Origin: Candidatus Saccharimonas sp.
GTDB taxonomy: Bacteria; Patescibacteriota; Saccharimonadia; Saccharimonadales; Saccharimonadaceae
Length of the DNA: 64,000 nt
Assembly: GCA_042642485.1 (NCBI GenBank)
Contig: JBHRNN010000001.1
Span: forward strand, 48,621 to 112,620
Direction of reading: 5' to 3'
Positions 1 through 9,298 of the stretch are shown here, piece after piece; position 1 is the stretch's first letter; every line of letters begins with the position of its first letter. The notes beneath the pieces were generated by a model. It saw nothing but the letters and a program-made list of their open reading frames with translations, did no database searches and had not been told where the DNA came from. Made by a program: the position numbers and the translations under genes.

Positions 1-847
1 TAATGTTTGATAGCGCTTCGAGCACAGAATCAACATTTAGACTATTACCGAGAATCGCACGCACTAAAGCAACGGCACCAGTGGCATTTTGTAGATTGTA
101 GATGCCCCGCAAGTTTAGATCTATCGAGTGATCGTTGCCACCAAAAGCGATAATGGCGTGTTGGTCTTTAAATTCCTCTAGGCTGGTGTCATCCGCGTAT
201 AATCTAGCCATACTTTGCTCGTTACTATGAAGAGAATCATCAGAAGGGAAAGTCTGCAAATATTTTGGATTAACACCAAAACTTCGCAGCGGTGATTTAA
301 TGTCGTTTACAAAATCAGGACTACTTAGTCGCGGGTCGTCGCGGTTAAGGACTACGCATTTTGTTGTGTTTATTGCAACATTGTGGAGGAGCTTGGCGGT
401 ATTATCAATCTCGCCGAAGCGGTCGAGCTGGTCGCGCATAACGTTGAGTAGCAAACAGTAGTTTGGCTTGATTGCTTTTACAAAGTGAACGGCATAAGCC
501 TCGTCGAGCTCAAGCACGGCAATATCGGCGTTAATTCGTCCGTGCAAATCAACTTCGCCTAGTAATGCTGCTGCCACGCCGCGCGTGAAGTTGCTGCCAG
601 TACGGTTAGTGAATACTTTCAGGCCTTGGCTTTCTAGTAACTCGACAACAATTTTGGTGGTAGTGGTTTTGCCGTTGGTACCGCTGATGAGCGCTACACC
701 CATTGGTAGTTGCTGTAATGTGCGGCTAACAAAATCTGAGTCGATTTTTTCAATTACCAAGCCTGGTAAGGCTGAGCCGCTACCGCCGCGAATCTGTGCA
801 GCTTTCTTAACAGTCTTCCCGAGCATAGTCGTGAGAGTTTGACGCAT
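1..847 (-). CDS. murT: Mur ligase family protein, MurT-like (lipid II isoglutaminyl synthase subunit); runs off the window start
   Basis: Not in the ORF track. My minus-strand translation from ATG at 847 gives MRQTLTTMLGKTVKKAAQIRGGSGSALPGLVIEKID...ISGTNGKTTT...TNRTGSNFTRG...LELDEA...LNVMRDQLDRFGEID, which are MurT-type motifs. Confidence 0.8.
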   Translation of the reverse strand, partial: MRQTLTTMLGKTVKKAAQIRGGSGSALPGLVIEKIDSDFVSRTLQQLPMGVALISGTNGKTTTTKIVVELLESQGLKVFTNRTGSNFTRGVAAALLGEVDLHGRINADIAVLELDEAYAVHFVKAIKPNYCLLLNVMRDQLDRFGEIDNTAKLLHNVAINTTKCVVLNRDDPRLSSPDFVNDIKSPLRSFGVNPKYLQTFPSDDSLHSNEQSMARLYADDTSLEEFKDQHAIIAFGGNDHSIDLNLRGIYNLQNATGAVALVRAILGNSLNVDSVLEALSNI

Positions 848-919
848 AAAACTCATTATACCTGTTTTTGGCGCATTATAGTAGCGTCCAAACGCTTTTT
901 GAATTATAATAAAAAGCAT

Positions 920-1303
920 ATGTTTATTGTGGGCATGATTTCGTGGTGGTATAGCGTTGGTTGGAAGCGGGCAGCAGTAGATGTTTGGGAGTCTATCGAG
1001 CGATTATACGATACGTTTTCGCTGGGATTATTGCTGAAGACACTATTCGCGCCGTGGCGGCAAATTTCAGCCGGGAAAGTGCGCGGACCAATCGGGGTGC
1101 AGTTGCGGGCGTTTTTTGATCGCTTGGTGTCGCGGATTATTGGCGGCTTTATAAGGATAATAACGCTGCTGATAGGTGTAGCAGCCTTGTGCTTGATGCT
1201 GTTGATTGGTTTGTTGCGTTTAGCGATTTGGCCGTTGGTGCCAGTGATGCCGGCGGTAATGGTCGTTGCGGCAATATCGGGGTGGATACCATGGCATCTC
1301 TAG
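920..1303 (+). CDS. Small integral membrane protein of unknown function
   Basis: Start reassigned to ATG at 920 (MFIVGMISWWYSVGW), after TATAAT at 905-910. Hydrophobic C-terminus; overlaps the start of the Clp ATPase gene. Confidence 0.75.
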   Translation: MFIVGMISWWYSVGWKRAAVDVWESIERLYDTFSLGLLLKTLFAPWRQISAGKVRGPIGVQLRAFFDRLVSRIIGGFIRIITLLIGVAALCLMLLIGLLRLAIWPLVPVMPAVMVVAAISGWIPWHL

Positions 1304-3753
1304 GCGCCTTTAGATATGGGTCTCAGCGAGCCAGCGAAGCGCGCTTTGGGCGGCTACTGTCGCCGATGATTGCAAAAAGCCTTTCATGGTTAGCATTATT
1401 ACTGGTGATATCGGGTACTATGCTAGTAACTATGGAGCGTCTGTCGTTAGGTTGGCTGTGTGGTGCTCTGGCGGCAGTATTATATATGGCGGTGAAATTT
1501 TACAATTGGCACGTTCACGATCTGCCAGCTGGTAAGGGTGGCTCGGTTGATGATTTGCTAGCCGGCGACGTGTTAGGTCGGTTGTCGCGAGAACCGGATG
1601 TGCGAGAGGTTGCTAAAGTAATTGGTGAGGTGCCAAGCGGCCAATTCATGGGGGTACGGCTTGGTATGACGCCGTCATTTTTAGCCACTATCGCTGAGAG
1701 TTCGACGATTTCCGTTGACGAACTGTGGAGTGTAGCTGACGACATTCGCCAAGCCAATCAACTAGACCGTATCAGCGGTGCCGTATTAGCTACAGCGCTA
1801 GTGAAGAGCTTTCCGAATTATCAATCGATAATAGCACAAACTCATTTAGGTGATGAAGACTTGGATGCTGGTATTTTGTGGCAAGAGCATTTGATGGAGA
1901 TTGTTCGGCATTTTGGCCGGCGGCGCCGGACTGGCGGCTTGGCGCGCGATTGGTCGTTTGGTTGGATTCCGCATCTTGAGCGATTCGGGCAAAATATCAG
2001 CGAACAAATTGGCGCTAGCCGTAATACTTTGTCGATTGACATACCATCGCATGTTCAGGTGATTGATCAGCTAGTGGAAGCTTTTGGTACTGGCGGGCGG
2101 CAGAACGCGGTTCTTATCGGTCAAGCTGGCGTTGGTAAAACATCAGTAATTCACGCTTTCGCGGAACGAATTTTGGATGCTGATGCAAATGTACCCGAAA
2201 ATCTTCGCTTCCGCCAGATCTTCATTCTTGACTCGGCATCGCTGATTGCGGCAGCGCCAGGCCGCGGCGAGCTCGAAAACTTAATCATGCAGGTTTTGGG
2301 CGAGGCCTATAACGCTAAAAACATCATTGTTTGCCTCGATGACGCGCAGTTGTTTTTTGAAGAGGGCGTAGGGTCAGTAGATTTAACAAATGTTTTGCAG
2401 CCGATTTTAGATGCTGGCCGGCTACGCTTAATTTTAAGCATGGACGAACAGCGCTATCTCGAAATTAGCCGCCGCAACCCGTCGTTAGCTAACTCGCTTA
2501 ACCGTATTAATGTCGCCGAAACCAACGAAGCAGAGACTAAAAAGGTTCTGCAAGAACAGTTGATCGCAATTGAGTTCAACCGCAAAGTTACTTATATGAT
2601 ACAAGCGATTAACGAAGCTTATCGCTTGAGCCAGCGTTACATTCACGATATAGCCATGCCTGGCCGGGCGCTTAAATTGCTAGAGTCGGCGGCTAGTTTC
2701 AGCGAGTCTGGTATCGTGACTATGAATTCTGTACAGCAAGCGATTGAGCGGACAATGGACGTTAAAGTTAGCGTAGCTAATACGACCGAAGACCGCGAGC
2801 GGCTGCTGCATATGGAGGATTTAATTCATGAACGAATGGTTAATCAAGTTCGCGCCGTTAATGTCGTCAGTGATGCTCTGCGCCGCGCTCGCGCGGGCGT
2901 GCGCAATGAGAATCGGCCGATTGGTACCTTTCTGTTTCTGGGGCCGACTGGTGTCGGCAAGACGGAGCTATCAAAAGCACTGGCCGACGTATACTTTGGC
3001 GGCGAAGGCAAGTTAATCCGCTTAGATTTGAATGAGTTTGTTCGCTCCGAGGATGTCGCTCGTTTAATTGCTGATGGAGCGGACGACCCGATGAGCTTGA
3101 CTGCGCAAGTAATGAAACAGCCTTTCAGTGTGGTGTTGCTCGACGAGATCGAGAAGGCCGCGCCAGAAGTGCTAACTACACTGCTGCAATTACTCGACGA
3201 AGGGATTTTGCGCGACGCCAAGAACCGTGAGATTAGCTTTCGCGACGCCATTGTAATTGCCACTAGTAACGCTGGCGCTGATAGGATCCGCGAATATATC
3301 GAGCGCGGCTATCGGCTTGAGCAGTTTGAACAGCAGTTTATAAACGAATTAATTAGTTCAAACCAGTTTCGACCAGAGTTTCTCAATCGCTTCGACGAAA
3401 TTGTGCTCTTTCGTCCGTTTACGCCTGCCGAGTTGGTGCAAGTGCTTGATCTGATTCTGGCTGGCGTCAACAAAACTCTATTGCCGCAAAAAGTGTCAGT
3501 GACTGTTGATGACGACGCGAAACAGCTTCTCGTTCAGCAAGGATACGACCCGCGGCTAGGCGCTCGGCCGATGCGCCGCGTCGTTCAGAAAGCGGTGGAG
3601 AATACTATCGCTAAGCTCATGCTATCGGGGGCGGTCAATCCGGGCGATTCGGTGAACATTGATGTCGAGCAAGTACGGCGAATTTTTGAAGAATCTGAAT
3701 CGCAGGTAGCTCCATTGCAAGGCGATGTGCCTAACCAGCAGAACCAAGCTTAA
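1291..3753 (+). CDS. Hsp100/ClpA-ClpB family double-AAA+ ATPase with N-terminal transmembrane segments
   Basis: Walker A motifs GQAGVGKT and GPTGVGKT; NBD2 Walker B VVLLDEIEKA; FRPEFLNRFD; GARPMRR; two hydrophobic helices near the N-terminus. Start placed at ATG 1291. Confidence 0.85.
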   Translation: MASLGAFRYGSQRASEARFGRLLSPMIAKSLSWLALLLVISGTMLVTMERLSLGWLCGALAAVLYMAVKFYNWHVHDLPAGKGGSVDDLLAGDVLGRLSREPDVREVAKVIGEVPSGQFMGVRLGMTPSFLATIAESSTISVDELWSVADDIRQANQLDRISGAVLATALVKSFPNYQSIIAQTHLGDEDLDAGILWQEHLMEIVRHFGRRRRTGGLARDWSFGWIPHLERFGQNISEQIGASRNTLSIDIPSHVQVIDQLVEAFGTGGRQNAVLIGQAGVGKTSVIHAFAERILDADANVPENLRFRQIFILDSASLIAAAPGRGELENLIMQVLGEAYNAKNIIVCLDDAQLFFEEGVGSVDLTNVLQPILDAGRLRLILSMDEQRYLEISRRNPSLANSLNRINVAETNEAETKKVLQEQLIAIEFNRKVTYMIQAINEAYRLSQRYIHDIAMPGRALKLLESAASFSESGIVTMNSVQQAIERTMDVKVSVANTTEDRERLLHMEDLIHERMVNQVRAVNVVSDALRRARAGVRNENRPIGTFLFLGPTGVGKTELSKALADVYFGGEGKLIRLDLNEFVRSEDVARLIADGADDPMSLTAQVMKQPFSVVLLDEIEKAAPEVLTTLLQLLDEGILRDAKNREISFRDAIVIATSNAGADRIREYIERGYRLEQFEQQFINELISSNQFRPEFLNRFDEIVLFRPFTPAELVQVLDLILAGVNKTLLPQKVSVTVDDDAKQLLVQQGYDPRLGARPMRRVVQKAVENTIAKLMLSGAVNPGDSVNIDVEQVRRIFEESESQVAPLQGDVPNQQNQA

Positions 3754-4467
3754 GAAAGTTTTCTAACAAGAGTTTTGGCGGCGCGGCGGTTGACTGGTGC
3801 AACAATACCAACGGCTAGTGCGCCAATACCGCGCACGAGCGCCCGTGCTTTGGTTTTGTAGCGTTCTTTTTTGCTGAGGGATGCATTAGTAGTATCAAGC
3901 CGCGGCGACTCGGACCAGAATGCTAGCCGCACCGCTCTGACGCCGAGTGCCAAGCCTCGCTTTTTATTGCCGGCAAGCGTCTCGGCGTAGCTGGCTCTAG
4001 CGGTAAAATTAATATCATATTGATCAATACGATTTAGTCCGTCGGCATGTTTGTGCGAATCCTTGAGTTTCTCTAGTCCGTAACGAAAAGTTTCAACAGT
4101 CTCGGTATTATTTTTTGGAGTATCAAAAGTTTCATCGCTTGCTATGCGCGACAATTGCATGGTTGCTAGCATGGCTGCGCTAGCTCCCAGTTCGCGCAGC
4201 GTGCTGCGATTTGGTTCTTGTTCGGCTAAAGTTTTGTGTTGATCAACTGCCTCAGTAAGCCATTTTTCAGCTTCTTCGTAGTTGTCTAGATGTCTTATAG
4301 GCATTACCTACGTCGCGCGCCATCCGAGCCTTTTCGGATGGATCTGACGTTATATTGTATGCCATTATCGCTAGCGTTGCGGCAAGAGAATAAGATCCAT
4401 CGTGAATTGCTTGTACAGCCGATCTTGAACAGTCGTCAAAACTTAGTTCGCCGCCTTTAGTCTCCAT
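3750..4467 (-). pseudogene. TPR-like helical protein split by a +1 frameshift near 4295 (or a sequencing error)
   Basis: The ORF from ATG 4467 (METKGGELSF...ARDVGNAY) and ORF 3750-4304 (RHLDNYEEAEKWLTEAV) join into GNAYRHLDNYEEAEKWL if one A is removed from TAT-A-AGA. Confidence 0.7.
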
Positions 4468-4538
4468 ACCTATATTGTAACATGAAAAATTACCTAATGC
4501 AAGGTATGCGTTTCGTATTTTTGCCGGCAATTATCCCA

Positions 4539-5138
4539 CTAGTCGCCAAGGCTTATTTTGATAGTGACGTAGCTAGTTGGCTCGTGGTCGAATTTATTGG
4601 CGTCTACTTTGGCGTACGGCTTGGCTATCTCGGAGGTGCCGTATGTATAATCTTTATGCAGCGCCTGTGGTATAACGCTCAGGTATAAAATATGGCCGTT
4701 AGTATCCTTGAACGTATCGCTTTGAACGATAGTATCTTTATCTTTCGTACTGATAAGCGAGAAGCCAGCCTCTTTAATTTTTTTGGTTAAATCCATACGA
4801 GTTTTACTTACGGAAGTATTATGTCCATACTCTGTAGTGATAGACTTATCATTTGAAATATTACTTTTATAAACCGCCAGTCTATACGATTCATCTAGCT
4901 TCAAATTGCTATATATACTATGAATTTGGTTATAGCGGGCAGTGTTGGTGTATTCTACGACCATTCTGTCGACTAGATATACGCTCATAGCTGTTAGCCA
5001 AAAAAGCACAAAAACCAATATCGCATACACCAGTAAGCTTCGGCGCACCATGAAGTGAGTGTCTGTTTTTGTAATGTGTTTGACACGCTGCTTGCGAGTC
5101 TTCTTGGGAGATTTATTTGCCTTGGTAACCATAAACAT
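4539..5138 (-). CDS. Hypothetical membrane-anchored protein
   Basis: 199 aa ORF with a basic N-terminus and one hydrophobic helix (LLVYAILVFVLFWLTAMSVYLV). Confidence 0.7.
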   Translation of the reverse strand: MFMVTKANKSPKKTRKQRVKHITKTDTHFMVRRSLLVYAILVFVLFWLTAMSVYLVDRMVVEYTNTARYNQIHSIYSNLKLDESYRLAVYKSNISNDKSITTEYGHNTSVSKTRMDLTKKIKEAGFSLISTKDKDTIVQSDTFKDTNGHILYLSVIPQALHKDYTYGTSEIAKPYAKVDANKFDHEPTSYVTIKISLGD

Positions 5139-5158
5139 AGTGTAGCATACCGATGCGA

Positions 5159-7399
5159 TTATTGGCTAAGTATTATAGTTGTGGTAACAGATGATCCGCT
5201 GATTATCGCGCCGGACAGCAAAGGTTGTTCCGTGGCTCTATTCGGATCAAGCGGCTGGCGGCCTAAATTGTTGACATTATCGACAAGGGCAGGGAAATTA
5301 GCTGCCAAATCATTGTATGGCCTGCCATCAGGGATCGTACTATCGGTGGTGATGAATACCCAGCCGGCATTGCGTTGGCGCGATAAATTGATTATTTTTT
5401 GGTAATCGCTAGCTTTTGCGGCATAAATCGTATGGAAAATACGATGGGAGTTTGCTGGGTCGTTTTCAAAGGCAGAGTAAGCGGTCTTATAGTTATTAAT
5501 ATATTCGTCAGCAGTGCCTTCGTTGGTCATGAAAATATCGGCGTATGGCGCAATCGCGTCGGTGATGTGCGTGCCAGGATTGGCGACGACCAACTTGTTG
5601 CCGTAGGTACTTTTCGTGTAGTTGTATAATTCTGCCATGTAAGCCGTTGCGCTGTTATTTCTGGATGATATCTCGTCGAAGTAGAATCCGTGAATTTTGT
5701 CCGCTCCGTAAAGTTCAATGAACTTAGCCATGGCGGCTTTAACTTCGGCAATCGGGCGAGTTTGATGAATAGTGCGGATGTAAGCGACAGTTTTGAAACC
5801 AAGCTCGGCGTTCTTTTTTAGCAGCCGCACATAGCCTGGGTCGAGCTTGGCGTCAGGACTGCCGTCTGCCATGATGAGCGTGTACGGGATTTTGCTGCTG
5901 CCTGCTGTATGAACAGCTTTCCAGTAGTCAGAGAACTCGCTGCCGCCAGCTTCAGCGAGCGGATAGACGTATGATAGCATAAAGATCGATTGAGCATTGA
6001 CCGCGTTATAGGAACTGGTATTTGTTTTATTGACCATGCCAGCGACAGCGTTGCCAAGAGAAACGGTATAGGTTTTGCCTTTACCGCCAGTGCCGGCATT
6101 GGTATCAACGTAGAATTTGGCGCTGGTTTCTCCGGCTTTAATAACCACTCGCTGGCTGTCCCAACGGATGTTGAGATTGTTCGGATTGCTAGTATTGTGC
6201 GTGATCTTGATATCCGCGCTAACATCGGTACTGGCTGCTTTGTCTAAAGTTGCCGTGTAAACAGCAGTCTCTCCTTCTTTGACGTTGGCTGGTCCATGAA
6301 GAGTAATTTTTGGCGCAGTCGCAGCAGGACTGATTATTCCCGCGCCAGTGCCGCCGCCCAAATCATCAACTACCGACCCGCTAAATCCGCTGGTGACGCT
6401 CTCTTTGTGTCCTTTTTTGTCGGTGTAACTGGCTTGGACGATGACTTGCATACCCAGGTGGTCTTTGGTTTGCGCGAGAGTTTTGCCAGTTCCCAAGAAT
6501 TTGCCGTAAAATTCGTACCATCGGTAAGTAATGCCGCTTTCCGGCACGCCGTCGGCATCGGTAATGTGAGCAGTGAATAATTGTCCGACTCGGTTTATTC
6601 CGTCGATGGTGACGCTACCATGGTTATTATTTGATGCGGCGTTGCCGACAGCTGCTGTAGCTGAGCTAATTAAATCTTTCATTACGTTTTTGTTGTTAGC
6701 ATGAGTTGTTTTGACAGTGATTTTTTTACCCACTTCTGATGGTGTCAACTTGTACGAGAAATAGCTGGCGCCAGGAATAGCCGCGCCGTCAGCGAACCAC
6801 TGATAATATCGTATGCCGCCGTCTTTCAATCCATCGGGATCGTCTATCTGCGCGATTAGAGTTGACCCGACTTCTGTGGCGCCCACGATTTTTACGGCTG
6901 CTTGCGCAGGTTCGGGTGTTGGCTTAGGCGGCTTGGATGGATTGGGCGGTGTAGTTGGTTTGTTGCCGCCAGGTTTAGTAGATGGGGTGTTCGCAGGTTT
7001 ATGGTTAGCAGCATTGTGAATTGACGGCCTGCCCGGCGACGCTATTTGGCGGTAATGATAAGCATTGTGATTTCCAACAACCGAGACGCCATTTCCAGCC
7101 GTCTTGGTAGAATCACTAGGCGAACTGTTCGTGGACTCGTCAGTCTTGGTCTGGCTAGTCTCGTTCTTGCCGTCCGGGTTTGAGCTTGGTTCTGAATCCG
7201 ACTCTGGTCGCTGCGGCTTGCTATTTTCGTCGTCTACTTGAGAAGTATTACTATGGCTAGGTCCTTGATTTGTCTGATTATGCTGATTCATGCTAATCAA
7301 ACTGGTAAACAGCCAGTACAACAAAACTGCTGCTAGTACAACGGCCAATATCCCGATAACAACTTTTATTTTTCTATGGTTCGCTTGTTGGTTTTCCAT
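5159..7399 (-). CDS. Surface protein: N-terminal TM anchor, Ser/Pro-rich stalk, Ig-like repeats, spherulin-4/GH135-like domain
   Basis: Start MENQQ at 7399 with GAGGAGAGG upstream; two repeats of the type G..VG..L.A.I.D.DG....Y.W; C-terminal region with VAYI, HGFYFDE, VVANPGT and IFMTNE resembles spherulation-specific family 4. Confidence 0.75.
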   Translation of the reverse strand: MENQQANHRKIKVVIGILAVVLAAVLLYWLFTSLISMNQHNQTNQGPSHSNTSQVDDENSKPQRPESDSEPSSNPDGKNETSQTKTDESTNSSPSDSTKTAGNGVSVVGNHNAYHYRQIASPGRPSIHNAANHKPANTPSTKPGGNKPTTPPNPSKPPKPTPEPAQAAVKIVGATEVGSTLIAQIDDPDGLKDGGIRYYQWFADGAAIPGASYFSYKLTPSEVGKKITVKTTHANNKNVMKDLISSATAAVGNAASNNNHGSVTIDGINRVGQLFTAHITDADGVPESGITYRWYEFYGKFLGTGKTLAQTKDHLGMQVIVQASYTDKKGHKESVTSGFSGSVVDDLGGGTGAGIISPAATAPKITLHGPANVKEGETAVYTATLDKAASTDVSADIKITHNTSNPNNLNIRWDSQRVVIKAGETSAKFYVDTNAGTGGKGKTYTVSLGNAVAGMVNKTNTSSYNAVNAQSIFMLSYVYPLAEAGGSEFSDYWKAVHTAGSSKIPYTLIMADGSPDAKLDPGYVRLLKKNAELGFKTVAYIRTIHQTRPIAEVKAAMAKFIELYGADKIHGFYFDEISSRNNSATAYMAELYNYTKSTYGNKLVVANPGTHITDAIAPYADIFMTNEGTADEYINNYKTAYSAFENDPANSHRIFHTIYAAKASDYQKIINLSRQRNAGWVFITTDSTIPDGRPYNDLAANFPALVDNVNNLGRQPLDPNRATEQPLLSGAIISGSSVTTTIILSQ

Positions 7400-7511
7400 A
7401 TTCCTCTCCTCAGAATACAATACTTCAATTTAAGCATAGGCGATATGGAAAGTCAAATAACGAATTGATTGATCAAATTAAAAAATAGACAGCTGTCATT
7501 GCTGCTATCTT

Positions 7512-7588
7512 TGGTACCCCGCACAGGAATCGAACCTGCAACCTTTGGTACCGGAAACCAACGCTCTATCCAGTTGAGCTAACGGGGC
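7512..7588 (-). tRNA. tRNA-Arg(CCG)
   Basis: Cloverleaf on the minus strand; anticodon arm TTGGT-TTCCGGT-ACCAA; encoded CCA. Confidence 0.95.
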
Positions 7589-7593
7589 ACGTT

Positions 7594-7670
7594 TGGTACG
7601 CCCGGCAGGATTCGAACCTGCGACCCCTTGGTTCGAAGCCAAGTACTCTAATCCGCTGAGCTACGGGCGC
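7594..7670 (-). tRNA. tRNA-Arg(TCG)
   Basis: Anticodon arm CTTGG-CTTCGAA-CCAAG; GGTTCGAATCC T-arm; encoded CCA. Confidence 0.95.
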
Positions 7671-7706
7671 CTATCGCAATTATATCACATATTGTATAAT
7701 CAAACT

Positions 7707-8750
7707 ATGAACATACAGCAGGACATCTCTCTCAAAAAGCTTACAACTATGCAGCTCGGCGGCGTGGCTCGGCAAGTTGTCGAGGCTAGAACTCGCGCCG
7801 ATATCGCCGAAGCAGTACGCTATGCTCATGAGCACGATCTGGATATATACGTTCTCGGCGGTGGCAGCAATACGTTAGCGCACGACGAGGACTTTGATGG
7901 ACTTATTATACTCAATCGCATCCCAGGTTTTGAAGTTGTTGACGAAACTGACGATTTGGTGACGATTGTAGCTGGTGCTGGCGAGGTTTGGGATGACTTC
8001 GTACGGCGGACGGTCGAGATGAATCTCAGCGGCGTGGAATGCTTGTCGGCGATCCCTGGTACGGTCGGTGCGGCGCCTGTACAGAATATTGGCGCTTATG
8101 GCCAAGAGGCTGCTTCAACGATTGTCTCGGTTAATGCCTACGATACGCGCGATAACCAATTTGTAACTATTAGCAATGCTGAGTGTGACTTTGCGTATCG
8201 TCATAGTATTTTTCGCGGTCGTTGGGCGGGGCGCTATATTATAACATCAGTAACGTTTAACTTGTCGCGACATCAATCTCAACCGCCGTTTTATGCAGCG
8301 ATTCAGCATTATTTAGACGAGCACGATATTCACGATTATTCACCGCAAACATTACGCGAAGTTGTGATGAAGATTCGCTTTGATAAGTTGCCAGACCCGA
8401 AAGTCCGCCCAAACACTGGTTCGTTCTTCAAGAACGCTATTGTTTCGGCTGATAAATTATCTAAATTGCAGCAGAAGTATCCTGATGTCCCGCATTATGA
8501 TATGTTGCATGATACATACAAAATTCCAACTGGCTGGCTAATTGATCAATGCGGGCTCAAAGGTACGCTTCATTATGGTATGCGCGTTCACGACAAAAAC
8601 GCGCTAGTCCTTATCAATGAGTCGGCACAGAGCTATGAAAATCTAGCGCAAGCTCGCCAAAAAATTATTGACACCGTTTACCAAAAATTTGGTATCACCA
8701 TTGAGCAAGAGTCGTTAGAGATACCTGGCAAAAACTCAGAAAAAGCATAG
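7707..8750 (+). CDS. murB: UDP-N-acetylmuramate dehydrogenase
   Basis: LGGGSN, IPGTVGAAPVQNIGAYG, FAYRHSIF and NTGSFFKN motifs. Start MNIQQ at 7707, since the longer ORF overlaps a tRNA. Confidence 0.95.
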   Translation: MNIQQDISLKKLTTMQLGGVARQVVEARTRADIAEAVRYAHEHDLDIYVLGGGSNTLAHDEDFDGLIILNRIPGFEVVDETDDLVTIVAGAGEVWDDFVRRTVEMNLSGVECLSAIPGTVGAAPVQNIGAYGQEAASTIVSVNAYDTRDNQFVTISNAECDFAYRHSIFRGRWAGRYIITSVTFNLSRHQSQPPFYAAIQHYLDEHDIHDYSPQTLREVVMKIRFDKLPDPKVRPNTGSFFKNAIVSADKLSKLQQKYPDVPHYDMLHDTYKIPTGWLIDQCGLKGTLHYGMRVHDKNALVLINESAQSYENLAQARQKIIDTVYQKFGITIEQESLEIPGKNSEKA

Positions 8751-8782
8751 CCATTTTATAAATTGTGCGCTACAATTAAGTC

Positions 8783-9298
8783 ATGAATCGTAAAGAGGGC
8801 GGGTTTACTATAGTTGAAGTGGTTATTGCAGTTACCGTCATCGGTGTGCTGCTGATAATTGCTATGACTACGCTCAATGGCTTGACGGCGAAAGGTCGCG
8901 ATGCAACCCGTAGAGCTCGCGCTGAAGCCATGGCTCTAGATCTTGAACGTTATTATAAATACAGCACTACTTCCAGGGGACATGAATATCCAACTGGCAA
9001 CGCGCTGTTAGCTGATATAGGCAAATATTTTAGTGACACTACAGTTGTGCAAGATCCCTCCCGTTCTGGTAATAGGCTAGTTAAGAGCTGCCCGGCGGCT
9101 GGCCCGATACCAGCCAGCTGGGGCTGGACGGATGAGCAGAAAATGCTCTATAGGTATTGTGCTCAAGACAGAGAGAGATCCGACTGCGATAAAGTTTACG
9201 GCGCTTCGGGTAAGGATGTTTGCGTCGGTTTCAGAATATATTACTATAGCGAATCAAATAATGCGCTTTATCAGGTGAATAGTATATGGTCAAGGTGA
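8783..9298 (+). CDS. Type IV pilin-like protein (minor pilin)
   Basis: Class III signal G|FTIVEVVIAVTVIGVLLIIA; R-D..R motif; C-terminal cysteines. Confidence 0.9.
   Translation: MNRKEGGFTIVEVVIAVTVIGVLLIIAMTTLNGLTAKGRDATRRARAEAMALDLERYYKYSTTSRGHEYPTGNALLADIGKYFSDTTVVQDPSRSGNRLVKSCPAAGPIPASWGWTDEQKMLYRYCAQDRERSDCDKVYGASGKDVCVGFRIYYYSESNNALYQVNSIWSR

Noticed and set aside
585..842. Short ORFs such as 585-842(+), 2844-3263(-), 14425-15003(-), 44496-45071(-), 47728-48273(-) and 63676-63933(+)
   Set aside because: Shadow ORFs overlapping well-supported genes on the other strand or frame.
7593..7706. N-terminal extension of the murB ORF (MVRPAGFEPATPWFEAK)
   Set aside because: It is the antisense reading of tRNA-Arg(TCG); the real start is 7707.
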